Assembly (NCBI GenBank): GCA_964188305.1
Contig: OZ076887.1
Source of the DNA: Podarcis bocagei
Taxonomy: Eukaryota
Strand: one strand, 5' to 3'
DNA: 64,000 bases
In this document: one piece after another, positions 61,285 through 64,000 of the stretch
Position numbering within the stretch: the stretch's first letter is position 1
Layout: each line of letters opens with the position of its first letter
Notes under the pieces: model-generated
The model's input: only the letters and a program-made list of their open reading frames with translations
What the model was told of the DNA's origin: nothing
Databases searched by the model: none
Position numbers and translations under genes: made by a program

Positions 61285-63017
61285 ACATATGTAGTTTGAC
61301 TCTAAGAGTTACATAGATAGAGATTACGGAATTTTTAAAAATGCATATATTTGTATTATGCTTATATTTTCTTAAAATAGCTAACTGTTCTAAGCATCAG
61401 AAAGAGTGAGACAGATATTACGATAAACTTACTCCAAATCTCAGTGGGCTTATGTTGAATAAAGTCCTTTTGAGAATTGTGACTTCCTTCCCTTGCAAAG
61501 AGTAATTAGAGTTTTGATACTAACAGAAGTTATTTGCCCCCCCAAATTCCAGCTTTGGTCGCTGCCTACTCCAACCATCTATTTTGGTTGCATTGATCTC
61601 AGTTGTCCTGCTTGTTAAAAAATCAAATAGATAGACTCTAAGTTTACCCATGCTTGTGTTTTATAAACAGGTTAAAAGTACATGTGCATCCAAAACTTAT
61701 TCCTGTTTGGGGATCAAATGCAGTATATATGTAATTTTAATATGATGATCTAACTATGTAACATTTTGCATTTTCTGTGGATTTAAGCTGCATTCTTATT
61801 TTATTTAAGCTGCATTTTCAAATTGATCTGTGTGGATGTTCAGTTTCTAAATGTGGGTTTGTCTTACTAGTCAGTCTCTGTTTATGCTTGCCCTGTCCGC
61901 ACCCTGAGTCCTCTGGCAGGTGGCATCTCTTTTCATTGAGTTTTAGTCTGAAGACATTAATAATCAGAATGGGACATTGCTGCTGTTTCTTACCTTCTCT
62001 AAACCACAAGAACAAGGGAGAACTGCTCAAGTGTGAGAGGGGATGTGAGCTTCTAATCCAACAACATGGATGAGCAAACTTGGTGCCTATGAGTAACCAA
62101 TTGGAACTTTTTAAAAAATAGAAATAAAATGCCAGTTTATTAGGAAAAATCACAAGCAATATTTAACTTCTTACTTGTGTTTTGAAATGTTTGAGCAAAG
62201 CAACATGAGACTTGGGACGGAGCATACTCGTCCCAGCCTCAGCTGTGCCTTGGGAAAAGATTTCAGGGCTGCTTCCATGGAGGACAAATTAAGCATAACC
62301 CTTGACTCTATTGAAACTAGCAAAGGTTTGTGATGAAAATAACAGTGGAAGACTGTTGGCTAAATGAGAGGACAGAACCAAAGCACTGCCAGCTAAAAAC
62401 AGTCACAGTTCTGTTCCCTTCCCAAATTCAACTGAATACTCTTAAGTAGAAGAAAACTCTTCTGACCAAATCTCAGTATCTTCATTCATGATCATAAAAA
62501 GGCCTCGCTGTGAATATGTAAATGTGCATGAGTTAATTGATTAGCATTTAACATATTGAAATCAAAAAGTTAATCAGATAAAACCTTTTTAAGTTTGGTA
62601 ACTACTCAGGAAATATTATGAAGTCTGTTGTCCCTTGTTTCTAGGGACTCTTTCATACTTAATAGCTCTTAGATTTAGGCATCAAATTGGTACACTAGTA
62701 AGGGAGTGATGGCTACACTCAAGCTTCTTCTTAATGGGTGAAATGGCATTTAGTGAATTCCTGGAAGAATTTCAAAGAGTCTACTTAACATGCTAATTGT
62801 CATCGCATCTTTGTCTCTTCAGTTGCAGACCACATGGTATTACATTGTAATTTTGCTGCATACCATACTTGCAAAAAGTGAGCGATTTTTACTCCTTTGA
62901 CAGGGAGACAATCCACAAGTTCAAATGTCTGTTCACTTTTAGGTACAGTATCAAATATTTTAGCAAGTACAACTTCTCTCTATTTCCTCCATTAAAAACA
63001 AACATACGATAATGAAA

Positions 63018-63098
63018 ATTTATTATTTATTCCCCACCCATCTGGCTGGGTTTCCCCAGCCACTCTAGGCGACTTCCAACAAAAGATTAAAAATACAA
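63018..63098 (-). mobile_element. L2-type LINE extreme 3' end
   Basis: tttattatttat tail followed by ccccacccatctggctgggtttccccagccactctaggcgacttccaac. Confidence 0.6.
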
Positions 63099-63836
63099 AC
63101 AAACCCCACAACCTACTTACCTCATATGAACTTGCAGGTGTATGGGGTGCTTACACAGTTATTATTGGCTAGTCTTAAGATAATAGGTAAAATGTAATTG
63201 CAGCTATAGCTGATGAATCATCCCCCTTAGATTTTGTGAAACAGGAGTCAAACCTTAATTATTTGTCGGAAAACTGAGATGACCCATTACTAAATAGCTG
63301 TATGTATAAAATCTTCCTAAAAATGATTTACTCTCTGATTCTTAAGGTTCAATCAATAACGGATGCAGTTATGGTTTAATAAAACATGCTGACGAATAGT
63401 AATTACTGAGGAAAATATTTGGCTCATCAAATATATATATAAAGTTTTAGCTCCCTTTGTTAGTATGTTACTGCAAGTGATGTGAGTGAGTGGGTGGATG
63501 GATGGGGAGGTAAGCTCTAGGAAAAGCCTGGTGCTGAATTCATTGTCACCTTTGATGACAGTTTAGAATTTAGAGAGTTGATTTAAGGAAAATTGGCAAG
63601 GGGGAAGTAGAGAGCAAAGAATAAACTGGATCCAGTCTCTTTAAAGTTTTTGTTTACTGCCTGTCTAAGGCTTTGATAAAGCTCTGTCATGCCCTTATGC
63701 TGATTACCTTCATGTAGAACAAGAGGTATTGACTAATGAATGAATGATGTGCGGTCCTTAGCCCTTGCAGTGCTGCCTTTAAAGAGCATTGTCTTTAATG
63801 CACAGAAACTTCTCTCTCTCTCTCTTTACAATTCAG

Positions 63837-64000
63837 GCTTCTCTGCAGAATGTCAAGCAAGGATCGACACATTGATTCTAGCTGTTCGTCATATATCAAG
63901 ACGGAACCATCGAGCCCCGCCTCCTTGACGGACAGCATCAATCACCACAGCCCTGGTGGCTCCTCTGACGCCAGTGGGAGCTACAGTTCAACCATGAATG
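63837..64000 (+). CDS. ESRRG: ESRRG coding exon (N-terminal A/B domain), 5' part; continues beyond the window
   Basis: Pyrimidine tract plus ttcAG acceptor ending at 63836. Frame from 63838 reads [54 protein letters not shown], which matches the ERR-gamma N-terminus as I recall it (human [55 protein letters not shown]). Short-isoform ATG at 63850. Not in the ORF track because the frame runs off the window. Confidence 0.97.

Larger units (their letters stand above)
18922..63836 (+). other. ESRRG: ESRRG intron (GT-AG, phase 2, ~44.9 kb)
   Basis: GTAGGT donor at 18922 and AG acceptor at 63835-63836; the reading frame is consistent across the junction. Confidence 0.85.

Noticed and set aside
63740-63928. 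62-aa ORF overlapping the ESRRG exon
   Set aside because: Different frame from the conserved ESRRG frame and begins in the intron.

Overview
Vertebrate genomic DNA, most likely from a lacertid lizard (Podarcis/Lacerta-like), judged from the young Sauria SINEs and squamate MITEs. The window covers the 5' part of ESRRG (estrogen-related receptor gamma, NR3B3) on the + strand. A CpG-island promoter lies at ~18.05-18.65 kb. The first coding exon is almost entirely hidden in an assembly gap; only its last 7 nt and the splice donor are visible (18915-18927). A ~44.9 kb phase-2 intron follows, then the start of the next coding exon at 63837 ([27 protein letters not shown]...). The rest is non-coding: seven copies of a TA-flanked Tc1/mariner-type MITE, four Sauria SINEs, CR1/L2/RTE fragments, hAT-like hairpin MITEs, microsatellites and candidate enhancers. 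The most interesting unannotated signal is a candidate internal promoter at ~35.6-35.8 kb (TATA box, SF-1/ERR-type sites, a perfect TCTCGCGAGA palindrome and a splice donor). About 1.6 kb downstream is a candidate exon that would splice in frame to the ESRRG exon and is bracketed by an inverted SINE pair. None of the supplied ORFs looks like an independent gene. I see no prokaryote-type system (no CRISPR array, operon or phage).
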